From Cenococcum geophilum (Eukaryota), in NCBI GenBank assembly GCA_050273025.1, contig CP158635.1, forward strand, positions 18,600,001 to 18,664,000: 64,000 bases of DNA, read 5' to 3'. The notes beneath the pieces are model-generated. The model searched no databases. It was not told the origin of the DNA and was given only the letters and a program-made list of their open reading frames with translations. The position numbers were made by a program, and so were the translations under genes. This document shows positions 40,961-53,568 of the stretch, one piece after another. Each line of letters begins with the position of its first letter. Within the stretch, counting starts at the first letter, position 1.

Positions 40961-41612
40961 ATGCCTAAAGCCTCTTCTTCTTTATACGCGCAATATTATG
41001 CCCGCACTGTTGCTGTAATTCTATCGCTTAGTAAAATAATACCGTCTCCGTGTTCTCGTTGTGCGAAAAAAGGGTTGGCTTATGTTGCGCTAGCAAGCCC
41101 TTTATCTTAATAACCCTCTTCCTATTTAAAGTGTACTAAGGCGAACGTTTAGTCCTTTTGTAACGTTCGTTTTACTTCTAACGCTAAGTATACACGTCCT
41201 ATTACTCTTAATAACCTTTAAGTTTCTTAAGTAATTTGTTATAGGGTCTTATGTTTAATCTACGGCTACGAAGTTTAATAGTAACCTAGCGCAGGCTCTT
41301 GCTAAACTTAAACGCTCTTATAATACGGAGTAAAAAGCCCTAAATGCTTATATTGTGGCGTCCGCTTAACTACTTCGTCTTAAAAAGGTTCGTAAAAAGG
41401 TCCGTTTTAAGAAGTGAAAACTTATAAAATAAGGTTTATAGGAACTTAGTAATAAAAGAACGGATTCTCTTTTAGTAGGGGAGGAAATAATTCCAAGTAG
41501 CGTGGTAGCTGCTCCTCTTAGGTCCCCCTTAGGTGATTTATTCTTTAGTAATCCTTCTTTATTAATATTACCTAACCTAATTTCTTTTAATACTCCTATA
41601 CCTTTCCTATAG
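40961..41612 (+). pseudogene. Antisense accessory gene relic in Gypsy B: Zn(II)2Cys6-like motif + coiled coil, probable intron
   Basis: ATG 40961: MPKASSS...PSPCSRCAKKGLAYVALASP...PSSYLKCTKANV*SFCNVR, then after a putative intron a helical segment with A*LLRLKKVRKKVR. The 3' end is approximate. Confidence 0.7.
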
Positions 41613-42155
41613 CGTTCTTTAAATTCTATAGTGGTTCCTAGGTAGTCTTATTATAGCCTATTTACTTAACCTTATACTATATTTTATTGTTAATGTCCTT
41701 ATAACTAATGATTTTTAAAACTTACTATTTGTCTTTTTCTCGTCCTCTATACGTGTCTACCTTATAGATTAGTGGCTTAATATTCCTATATGCTGGCTCT
41801 AGCATTGTAATATACTATATAGGGTAGATCTTTATTTTAGCTAGTAGGTTTAACTTAAATATAACTAGTAAAATCCTCTATATAATTTCGAAAGGTCCTA
41901 GTCTAATATAGTCCAACTTTTTACTTAGTTGTCGACTCTTGAAATTTTTATATAGTAGCTATACTTTGTCCCCCTCCTTAAGATCTAGTCCCTTAGATCT
42001 CTTGGCGTTATAGTGCTTTTTTATTCTTTCTTATACCTTTTTCGCTAATTCTATAAGGTCTATATAAAGATTTATTAGTGTCTTTATTCTTTTTTTAGCT
42101 ATACTACTTGTTTTCTTTGCTTATTATAGTAACAATAATATTCTTAGCTTATATC

Positions 42156-42392
42156 TATTAGCGACTTAGTTAATTAAGGCATAAGCACGGTAAGAGGGAC
42201 GCGTAAGCCTATATAATTGGATTGTCTATAAACGAGAATCTAAAGCTAGGGAAAGGAAAGGAAAAGAAGAGTAGCGCCGCTCGATGTTATATAAGATCTT
42301 CGCGTTACGTAACCGCAATATACGGCAATCTGTGGCAACTTGCTAGTGCGAAGATCTGCTAAGTTCTGCCATTTTCTGCTAGTGCCGTAATA
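42156..42392 (-). mobile_element. Solo LTR related to family F (237 bp)
   Basis: 5-bp TSD ATATC (42151-55, 42393-97); interrupts B integrase relative to copy A; homologous to 19138-19390. Confidence 0.88.
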
Positions 42393-44591
42393 ATATCTAT
42401 AATTTGCCTTAAATAGTAATATACCTATTCCTTTTTATGGTATTATATTATATATAAACTATATAATTAGTAATAACAATACCTAATTATTCTGTGTGTA
42501 ATTAATATAATATCTTAGATACTATTCTAGCGTCTAATTTAATCTTTCTGTTTATCTATCTGTCTGCGGATAATATATAGTAGAAGTTGCTGCTCTAACT
42601 CCTTGTTCCGCTAAGAATACCTTCTAAAATACTGCTATAAATCTTAAATCCCTATCCAATATAATCTTACTTAATACTCTATGTGTTAGGAGTATACCAC
42701 GTATAGTAAGTTGCCGTCACGTAAGGCCGCGGCAGTAGCGTGGTGAGGAGCCTTAAGCTCCTCGCCCTCCCTTATTTAAAAGAATAGAAGAACAATTATC
42801 ATACTATCTACGACCCGTAGCTACGTGGTACCACCTTGTGTAACCAACACTAATTAGTGCTTAACTTTACTGTTATACTATAGAACAGCTAGGTATTCTA
42901 CTAAGAAGAGACGAGCTACTGTACCAGTGCTACTTGTACTAAAGGGAGCTGTCTTTTAAGGTTAGAACTGGTCCTAAACCTTAAATAGAACTCTTCCACA
43001 AATCTAAGGATCTAAAGGCCAGAACTGGTCCTAAGCCTTTCCTAGATTATAGATTCTTACGTCCATTACGCAGAATAACACGCTTTACGAGTCTTCGCGA
43101 TTTAAGGCCAGAACTAGTTCTAAGCCCTATAATCGCAAATACACGTTATAAACGCGTACTAAACAACGAACGCGTACTAAACGACAATCCCTACCCTAAT
43201 AATACTTCCCCCCAAAAACATAGTTACGCCTACCTTAAACGACTAGGAAGACTCCTTACTACTAGGGGTAGCTTTATACGCGAAACTTATTAATGAAGAT
43301 TGGGACGAATTTACTATTAATATAATAACTTATACCGCAAAACAAGTTAACGGCTTTCTCCTACACCGTATTATATTTTACTAAAGTAGATACTACGCCG
43401 ATCTACAGCTGTGGGAATATTTTAGGGAGGATTTTATAGGATGGACCGCTAACACCTAGGCACTTAGCAATATTAATATTGTTTAGGATTTTCAAGACTT
43501 CCTTTGGGAAAAAGGAGTATTTGTCCCTATAGATGGGGGTGCTATTAGAGACAATATTTAAAAGCAAGTCCTTAATGTAGAAGAAGAGCACGAATGGACT
43601 CTATAAGAGATTGAGATTAAGCACCAAATACGCGCTATAAAGAAGTCTAACTCTTAAGGGAATCCCAATAACGGATAGCCATAAGCAACACTATAGACAA
43701 CCTTAGGCTATTAAACACCTTAAGTTCCTCAGGCTGCCGTATCTCAACCCGTGCCTTAAGCTCCGCAACAACCTCTATAAGAACCTCCGCTAATTCCACT
43801 AGCTATTCTAACTGCTATATTACCAGTTATCCCAATCGCTACACCGCTAGCTACCCCAATTGCTGCCCCTGCTACCCTACTTGGTCCTCCTCCTACTTAG
43901 CAACAGTATAACTTTTAGTAGCCTACCTATTAGCAACAGCCTCTATAAGAATCTCCGCAGTAATATCCGCAGCAATATCCGCAGCAACCTCCGTAGTAAG
44001 AATATCCGTAGCAGCCGCAGTAACCGCAGCAGCTATATATACATATACCACCTAAACTGGCTATAACTAGTATAGAGTAAGGACTTAGGCAAGGACCTAG
44101 ATACAGTAAGGAGGTGGCCATAATTATAAAGATCTATATAAACAATAAGTTATTTGTAGCTTGCTAGGGAGTTCCTACCTATAGAATTGCCGTCTCAAAT
44201 CCTGGAGAAGACTTGTCTCAGTTAATTAATAAGTTGCAGCCCTTAATTACTGCACGGGAGAAGGAACACCCTAGTTAAAAAGTGTATACTACCTTCTTTA
44301 CGGATCGCCGCTACCACAATTAAGATTAAGCTCCGTTCTACCAGCAATCTCCGTAACAACCTCCACAATAACCTCTATAACAACCTCTACGTAGCCGAAA
44401 TAAGTGTCGGTTTGGGGCACGTGCGCACCCACCAAAATCATACTTCACGATCACAATACCATAATACAGCCAAATCAATTCAATATCGAGTCATCTGCCC
44501 GTCAGCCCTAATACACTCATGTAGGCGCTTCGTGTACCAGCTGTACATCTCTGCAATCTTCTCCTGATCCACTTAGTTCTCCTAAACATCT

Positions 44592-47500
44592 CATCAGCAA
44601 AATGTTTTTCAGCCAGGCAGGTATCAAGACAAATGACATTAGCTAGCTGATAGGTAGAGACACAGAATTGTACGAGTGATCTATTTTATTCAAAGGTGGC
44701 TCTAAGAGCCCTAATATACATAAGAGAATTGACCCCCTACAGGGGTCCCTAGAGAGTGATGATACAGGTTGAAACTAGACTGACACCGTCTGATACGGAC
44801 GTCGAATAGCACCCGTCGCACCTCTGTAGTAAGGCTACCTTCGTGGCCAATACACCCCCTCAGATCTGAAGTAGAGCGTCAGAGCTGGATTACCGGATTA
44901 GGCAGTCGGGATAGAAGAGCTGGTGGTGAGCTTTGCCGAGCGTCAATTGACCAGATGTCTGATATCGCGGAGCCCCAAGACTTCGACGAATTTTTGATGA
45001 TTTTGCTTTGCGAGAGCTTTAGTTAGTCCGTCTGCAGCCATCTCGCTCGTTGGTACCCATTGTACGACGAAGCTTTCGTTTTGGACCTCTTGGCGAAGCC
45101 AGAACTAATGGATATCTACGTGTCGGAGTTTTGTAGATACCGTAGGGGTCTCTTTTGTCACGATCCGTACTGACTGCTGATTGTTATAATTAATAATAAC
45201 GTCTTGTTCTAGATTAAATCTGATGGCTTTAAAGATCCGAACTATATGCTTAACCTCTCCACTAACGCGCGAGAGAGCTAGGAGTTCTGCCTCCGTAGTG
45301 GACTTAGTAACTACCTTTTGTCTAGTTACCTGCCATACTATAGGCCCATTAAATAGGCTTATTAAGAAACCCTATAAGCTCCGTTATATTAGAGCATTAT
45401 TAGCAAAGCTGGCATTAGAAGCAGCTTTTAGAACCTAGTTTATCTTATACGGCGTAATAGCAGAGAACTTAAGTGCGAGGTATCTGGTATTATAGAGATA
45501 GGTAAGCAATCTATTAATCTCCACAAGATAAGCTAGCGACGGATTTTGTAGGAACTTAGCTAGCTTGCTAACAGAAAAGGCGACGTTAGGTCGTATAGTA
45601 GATGCCGGATATATTGCAGAACCTATACAGCGTTAATATCCTTTTATCTAATTTAGCGTAGCTTCTCCCTTATACGGTGTTAATTCCTAGCCTAATAGTG
45701 GTGTAGCTAATAGCTTTAGATATTCTAGATGGTATATTAAGACTAGCTTCTTAAGATACTGATTTAGACAAAGCTAGAGCTTTCCCTTTTGTCGATCTCG
45801 CACGACACGAGTATTTAGAAATGACGTAAATTAAGGTATTTGGCGTATCTCGAATCGATCTTATAGCTACTATAGGATGTCCTATATCTGCTAATAACAG
45901 CTTAGGTATCCTATAATTAGGATATCATCGACGTAGAAAAACACAAAGATAGGTTTAGTAGGGTGTACGTAGAGACATAGCTCGTCTGGTATAGCTATTA
46001 AACCCATGCTTTGCAGAGCAGCAGACATTTCTAAGAACCACAATTTAGGAGATTTCCGTAGTCTATATATTGCCTTTCTTAGACGGAGAGAGAATCTAGG
46101 CGGTAGGTTTATACCCTTAGGGGGAATAAGGTAGACCTTATCGTTAACTAAGGTATTAACGAAGGCGTTTACGGCGTTAATCTGTATAACGTCTAGGTTA
46201 AAGCCAGCGATAAGAGCGCAAAGTAGACGAAAGGTTTAATAGGCTGCCGTTATAGCTTTAACATCCTCTTATAAAACTGCTTAAAGGTCTCCGTAGATAA
46301 CTAGACGAGCTTTAAATCTCGTAATAAAGCCGTCTATATCTTCCTTGTACGTAAAGACCTATATAGTAGGAAGTTGATAAACCTTTTTAATTAGCCGTAC
46401 CTCGTCCTAGGTCTGCTTTCCAGTTAAGGCCTTTATCTCGGTATAAGCAGCTACTTTAAACTCTATAGCGTACTTATAATTAAGCATCTCTTTCTATAAC
46501 TTTAGTAGCGGTAGAAAGTCGTCTCGATGTCCGTATGTCTTTATAGCAGCAGTATAGAAAGCGTAAGCCAATAGTGTTGTATCTAGATTAATAAAATTAT
46601 TACCGTTATTAATTTGAACCGCAAAGGCTCGTTATTATAAATTCTAATTTAGTATATCTTTCTTCTTTGCCGTAGACCGCTTTTTACGGCTAAAACGTCT
46701 CTTACCCCCTAATAATAAGCCTGCTGTTGTCTAAGGTTTGGAATAAGGTATAGGATCTACAAACAGTGGTTTAGTAACTTCAGAAGATAACTAAGTAGTA
46801 GATGGTGTCTGTGGCGTAGATGCCGTAATAAATGGTAATTGCTAAGGCGCTAAAGATGCTAATAGTTTAGACGGTTCTAGAGTTAGCTTTAGGGTAGGTA
46901 GCTAACGGAGTTCTTCTGTTAAGATCTAAATGCTTTTTAACGTAGGAGTAACGTTAATATTTACTAAATACGGCAGTCCTATATCCAGTTCTTTATTAAA
47001 GTTCTCTATCTAGTCCTTGCTACCATCTTAAAGATTATCTAGTAGGTCCTAGGTTTGCTGAAAACAATCCTTTTAAGCCTATAAGATAATAAGGTATTCT
47101 GGTGTTTCGGGAGATTAATATCTCTTTAACTTATTAATTCATACATTACGAGATCAGATAATGCGGTTAGTAGTTGGTATCTATATCCTATAGATATTTA
47201 ACGCTTCCATACTAATAAGATAACCTATTTAGGCTTATGGCTTAAACTTTGCCTTCCTAGGAATACTGTGTTTAATAAGCACGTAGGTTAAAGATCTGGC
47301 TATATAAAGCCCTGCTAGCTATAGCTTCCATTTATACAGCATCTTAAATAGGGTCTTTTAGTCGACGGACTTAATAGGAGTTTAATTAAGTAGGAATACT
47401 GCTAGAAGCATAAACTTGGGCCATAGATCCACGGGTAACTTTACTTTAATAACAGTAGTCCTTACTTATTTAGAAATGGCCCTTTTTAACCTCTCTATAG

Positions 47501-50500
47501 GTTTATTTAGAGCTAGGGTATCTAGTATTAATTGCTTAATAATACCTCCATTAAGTTAGATAAGATTCTTTACCCTAGCGCCTATACCTTACTCCTTATC
47601 TATATACCAAATGCGGACACCTTAAGCATTAAATTTCTTCGTAAATGCTATTATTGATTTAAAGAGTAGGAGCAGTGTCTCTTGCTTGTGGTTCTTAATA
47701 GGAAAAGCATAATAGTACTTTATATAGTTATACTAAAAGTAAGCTATATACGTGTCTCTATTAAACCTATCTTTTTCTATAATAACATTAAAGTATATAT
47801 ATTTAAAAGGGTAGGTTCCTTTTACTAATATTCTACAAGATGTCTGCTAGGTTATTTTTCTAAGAATATATAGTTTATAAAGTGGTACACCATACGGAGT
47901 TCTTCCTCTGTTTGTCTTAACTACTTTAACCCTATTTACCGTAGTTAGCAGATAATCTACTAACTCTATATTATAGTGTAGTAAGCGTTAATGCTATACT
48001 TTATTATATGCTAAGGTCTTAAAAAATCTAGTGGATACAGCGTAGGCGGTAGAAGTAGGTAGTAAGGTAGCAATAGCATTAATGAGGTAAAGACCTCCGT
48101 GTTCCGTAAGGTTAGTAAATAGGGTTCCGTTATCCTTATAGCGTAAATAGTCTGTAAATTGGTTAATAATTACTCTAACCCTGCGGAGCTTTACTGCGGA
48201 TATTAAATTGGTATGAAAATAGGGAGCGTACGCTATATTCCTTAATATCAGATACCGAGTTAGGCGTTATTTCCCCACCTTAATTGCCAAGTTGATATTA
48301 CCGTATCTATAGATTTCTGCTCCTGAATCTCTAGCTGTTGCTTTAGATATACAAGGCTTAAGGTCACAAAAGTATCTGATATTATTGCAGAAGTGGGTGT
48401 CTGCCATAGTGTTATACCCCTAGGCATTAATTAACGACAGATCCGGATGTTCCTGCAATAATAACGATGAGTAGGATGTTGTTACAGCCGCCGCTGTAGC
48501 TCGAGGTCGGTCCAGATCCTCGATCTTTTCGCTAGTAGACGAAGCTGATAGAGACGTCCTTGACCTAGGGCCTTCCCTCTTAATCTGCTTAAGCCTCCTA
48601 TCGTAATACTGCTTGTTTGTTGGGACCTTAAGCCATTCCTAATACCTCCGTAGATATTTATTATTTGGTATAAAGTTCGGACCTTAAAGAGACTAAAACA
48701 GTTGCTTGCAATTCTTTAACTTATAGGGTAAACCATAAGCAAAGCACTTTGCCTTAGGTGATTGAGAAGGTATTAGGGTGGTAGACGTCGTAGGATCTGC
48801 AGCTGGCTGCCCTAAGAGTGTAGCATGGGCGTTACGTCCCGTATTCGGATGCTTATAGAGGAGGTTAAATTCCTTAATTATGGTCGCTATTTCGAGCTTC
48901 TCTAACCTCTTCGCTACCTTTTAAATAAAGGCATAATATAGAGCTAGATAGATCTCCTTATAGTCCTGGACAAAGGCTTGTATAACGCTGCTTTCTGTTA
49001 CCTCTATTAACCCTTCCTCTAGCTCTTTGCCGTTCTGTATAATAGTAATATAAAGCTAAAGCCATAATTCTAGAGTCTGGCGTTTAGGCCCTTATTTCCA
49101 TTTCTTAAGATCGTCTAATACCATTTGCTGCAACGTAGCTTAAGATAGCCTTGCTACCTTCTTCAGCTATCTTAGAATCAAATGTAGTGTGGTAAGGTTC
49201 TTAAAATACCCTAAGAAGTTGGTGCCTATGGTAGCATGCAAGAGTGCTGCAAACGTATAGAGCTTCTCTTCCCGCTTTAGGTAGTCCTGTCGTTAGAGCT
49301 TATAGAGCTCGAAGAGCATTCTCTATATCTCTAGAGATTGCTAAGTTTGTTGTCCTTGACTTAATAACCCAGGTGTAGCTGTTCCAGTAGATGATGGAGT
49401 TGCTGCTGGAGCTGTAGGAGCCGCTGCTAGTGCTGCAGGAGCTGCAGGATCCGCTGCTGGTGCTGCAGGATCTGCAGGTGCTGGTGCAGGTGCTGTAGGA
49501 GCTGCTGCTATCGAAGGTATGGCTGGCTCATTGTTTTCTTTAATTTCGTTCTCCGTCTTATCTAGGTCGACATAGTCCCAGATCTTTGCAAAACTTGCCT
49601 CTTAGCGGATAAATTAAAACTATATAGGCCAGTCTTTCTAGGTTAGCAAAAGAGGGTTTATAGAGTCCTTGGTTGCTATATTAGCTTTTGTTTTAAGGTT
49701 GCGTAAAGAGACGCGCTTACGCGTAAAGCACACAATATTTCGTGACGAACTATGCTCAAAGAGGCTTAGTGGTAGTCGTCTGGCCACTGAGATTTCCCTA
49801 GTGCTCAGAAGGTTACCGGGCTTATAACTTTCAGCCAGGCAGGTATTAAGATAAATGACATTAGCTAGCTAATAGGTAGAGACACAGAATTGTACAAATG
49901 ATCTATTTTATTCAAAGGTGGCTCTAAGAGCCCTAATATATATAAGAGAATTGACCCCCTATAGGGGTCCCTAGAGAGTGATGATACAGGTTGAAACTAG
50001 ACTAACACTGTCTGATACAGACGTCGAACAGCACCCGTCGCACCTCTATAGTAAGGCTACCTTCGTGGCCAACAATGTTTATGCCTCCTAACAGTACTGA
50101 CAGCTCCTAACAGCTCCTGTTAGGGCTGTTAGGAGCTCCAGAAGACACTTACACTCGGCATCCTGTTAGGAACCTGTCAGGAGGTCGCCCGGACCACCAG
50201 GACCACCAGGACCTTTAGGACCTTTAGGACCTTTAGGACCATTAGGACCATCAGGACAACAATAAAAATTCTAGATTTAAAAATAAGGTATATTAACACT
50301 CCAGTATTTGCAGCTAGTTAAAAAATATAAAATTAATTTAATTATATATAATCTAAATAATCCAAATTAATCTCTTTTGTTTACCGCCTGTGTCTGTTAT
50401 AGAGCTCTACTTAGGCGTCGGGCGATTAACTAAGGAGCCTCTCGCGGAGGCTCTAAATCGTCAATCGGCGGTGTTCCCGATAATCTACTGGCCGTGTGCT

Positions 50501-50522
50501 GATTTCCTAACTAGGCCTAGTG

Positions 50523-50557
<35 letters not shown>

Positions 50558-51855
50558 ATCTGCCTATCCTACCTATCTATGCCTGCCTATGCCTGTCGTG
50601 CCCACCTATCTATCCTACCTGTCTGTATCTGTAATTCGGGGGAGAGGTTAGCCCGATCGAAGGCTCTGCTTAATTCGATTGCGATTAATTATATTAATTT
50701 AAATCGTTCTCTATAGGCGTTTATTGGCTATATATTTAAACGGTAGTTATCTAGGGTGCCTCCCTAAGAGGCCTTAATTCAATTTAATTTGGTAATAGGC
50801 TGATATTAAGGCTCTAGTTTAATTCAATTGATTAATCAAATCAATCGTGGTGTTTGCTGGCTGGTTGTTTAAACAATTATCGTCTGGTTCTAACGATAGT
50901 CCTCTCCTACTTACCTACCTATCTACCTACCTACCTATTTACCTACCTGCCTATGTCAGTATCTGATTTAATTTAGGGGAGAGGTTAGCCCAATTAAAGG
51001 CTCTAATTAATCCAGGTTGTTCTCTATAGCCGTTTGCTAGCTGTATATTCAAACGGTAGTCGTCTAGGGTGCCTCCCTAGGAGGCCTTAATACGATTTGG
51101 TAATGGGCTAATATCAAATTCGATTAATCGATCAATTAAATCGTTCGTGGTCTTCGCTAGCTAGTTGTTCGAAAGGTTGTCGTCTAGTTCTTGTAACGGT
51201 CGTCTGGTTCTGGCGACGGTCGTCTGGTTCTGGCGACGGTCGTCTAGTTTTGGCGACGGTCCTCTGCTGGCTGCCGTTCTAGTGCCTCCTAAGGGAGGAT
51301 ATAAGGAAGGGTAAAGAATGGGGTGACTGCAAAGGGGGTAACTTAGCAGAGGCACATGTAGGCTATTAGGAATATAGCGGGGACCTAATAGCACTGTGTG
51401 TCGCGCGCACGCGTATATAGGGTCGTGTCGCATTAAGGGGGAGGTATCCCATTAGGGGGGGTATTACAGTAGGGAGGGTGTCGTATTGGGGGGGTGTCTT
51501 AAGGGGTGTGCATAGGAGGTGTTGCTTTAGGGGGGGGGGTTAGGAGGGGTATCGCTTAGGGGTATCCTGTTAGGAACCTAATAGGATAATTAAGAAAATT
51601 AAGATCCTGCCAAGAGCCTGTTAGGAATGATTAGGAAATACTAGTTTCCTATTAAGACCCTAACAGGACCGTAAGAGGACGATTAGGAAATCAAAGATCC
51701 TGCCAGAAGCCTATCAGGACGACTAGGACAATTAGGAAAATTAAAATCCTACTAGGAGCCTGCCAGGAGCCTACCAGGACGATTAGGACCTTTAGGAAAG
51801 TCAAAATCCTATTAGGAGGCCTCTAGGATCTTAGCACCCCAACAAAATGCTAATG
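44592..51855. mobile_element. Non-autonomous TIR element with 2-bp TSD and subterminal repeats (CACTA/CMC-like?), ~1.79 kb without the Copia
   Basis: Ends CATCAGCA...TGCTAATG with TSD CT. Removing it restores the Tc1 reading frame (ERFI-DV*EN). Clusters of CCTGTTAGGA/CTCCTAACAG repeats near both ends. Confidence 0.68.
44607..50074 (-). mobile_element. Full-length Ty1/Copia LTR retrotransposon (5.47 kb), moderately RIPped
   Basis: 246-bp LTRs 44607-44852 and 49829-50074; TSD ATGTT; PBS GTTATAAGCCC (GGTTATGAGCCC type); PPT; integrase before RT; motifs FKARLV, IDAVNAFVN, FFYVDDI, KLRHVDIH, MAADGLTK. Confidence 0.95.
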
Positions 51856-53568
51856 CTATAAAACGCTCTAATGCTATATCCTCTTCCACGCGCTTTAAAT
51901 GGAATTTCTTCTTAATAGGATGGGCTAAGGACTCTATAATTAATAGATCTGGTGATAAACCAGGCAATATTAAAAGCTTTAAGTCCCATTCCTTTACCCA
52001 GGCTAAAGACTCCCTTAATTTATGCGCTAAATCTGTATCCTGGTATAAAGTAATTCCCTTAATATTAAACTTTAAAAGAAGCCATGGTAACACCTACTTG
52101 GTATAGGCTTTTAAATTTATCTTACTTACCTGGTTATCCACCTTATATAAGAAGAACTTTTTTTAGGTCCTGCTAATAATAATAAAGACATTAAACAGTT
52201 TAAGATGTTTCTTCTCCTAGGCCTTCTCCTTTTTATCCTTTTTAGTAACCCCCTTCTTCCTATAAATATTCTATGGTAAATAGCGGTAAAGATTACTACT
52301 TTTTCTCTTAATTTTATGGGTTTCTTCTGCACCTAAACTAAAGTAATATTTATTATAAAAAGCAATATTATTCTAGTCTTTAGGATAGGGTCTTTTTTCT
52401 AGCTATAAATAGTACTAATTCTTTCTTCTATCTGCCTGCTCCTAGTTAAGCTACTTCTCTTCTTCTATCTTTGCATTAATATACCCTTTATCCTTTTTTA
52501 TAGCTCTTTAAATTAGCTTATTTCTAAGAGGTTAGTAACTTATTCTTTAAGTTAGAACTATTAGAAGATCTTTATAATTTAGGGCCTTTTAAACAATAGT
52601 CTGCTATAGGGCTAATTTTAAGTCTTAATTAAGATTGGGGTCGTCTAAATACACAGCAATAGCGTGGATATCTTCCTTTATAAGAGCTCGATTTCTCCCT
52701 CTTATTTCTAGCCTAAAATTATATATAGTTCTGCATTGCTTTAAGGCCACAATACGTTACTAAGAGTGCTCTATAATTCTAGTAGCCTGCTATATAATAG
52801 CTAGAGGAATGGCCTTGCCCAGTAATTGGCCAAAGATTTTAGCGTAGAGAACTCCTATACGTAGAGGAGTCTTTAGATGCTTATTTTCCCTAGCATTATA
52901 GTATAATTCTGGGGGTGGGGTAAAGTGTTTTGCCCGTATTTTTCGGGATGCAGGCTCCTTGGTAACTTGGGTCATAATTAGTAATTGCAGCGAACGAATT
53001 TGGGTGCGAAATGGTGGTGTTGTGAGGTTTGTTATGATTGTGAGGCATGCTCAGGGGGCTTTGTTTGGGTGGGGCGCGCACGTGCCCTAAACCGACACTT
53101 ATTTCGGCTACGTAGAGACAACCCAGATCTGCGAACAGTACCTATATTGCTCGTTTTTGGCACCTACCCCTAAATGACTAACGATTCTCTACTATCTCTA
53201 TCCGTTACGTAACGAGCTAAGGCTATCCGTAAGGCAATTTGAGGTTATAACAGCTTTAGATTTACCACTTAGTTAACCACCATTTTCTTTAGCAAATTTT
53301 AGGATAGCGAGACTTATATTGCAATAGCAATAGTAAGTAAGAAGGATTGATATTCATTACGCTAGTTAAGCGGTATTTATATGTAGATAGCAACCATAAA
53401 AGAAGAGTTGCTAGTGTTGGGAGTATACCACGTGTGGCAAGTTGCCGTCACGTAAGGCCGCGGCAGTAGCGTAGCAAGGAGCCTTAAGCTCCTCGCCCTC
53501 CCTCATTCAAAAGAATAGAAGAACAATTATCATACTATCTACGACCCGTAGCTACGTGGTACCACCTT

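Larger units (their letters stand above)
44390..53112 (-). mobile_element. Tc1/mariner DNA transposon (~1.46 kb without inserts)
   Basis: ~38-bp TIR CGTAGCCGAAATAAGTGTCGGTTT(G/A)GGGCACGTGCGC with TA TSD. Transposase relic runs from ATG 52975 through LYQDTD.AHK and PGLSPDL.IIE to 51856, and resumes at 44589-44480 with VDQEKIAEMYSWYTKRLHECIRADGQMTRY*. Confidence 0.9.

Noticed and set aside
43930..44121. Cys/Gly/Tyr-rich peptide (metallothionein- or keratin-associated-like)
   Set aside because: Antisense reading of a QxP-type repeat in the gag relic of element C.
50390..51433. ORFs 50390-50716 and 51161-51433
   Set aside because: Driven by microsatellite and tandem repeats; no recognisable domain.
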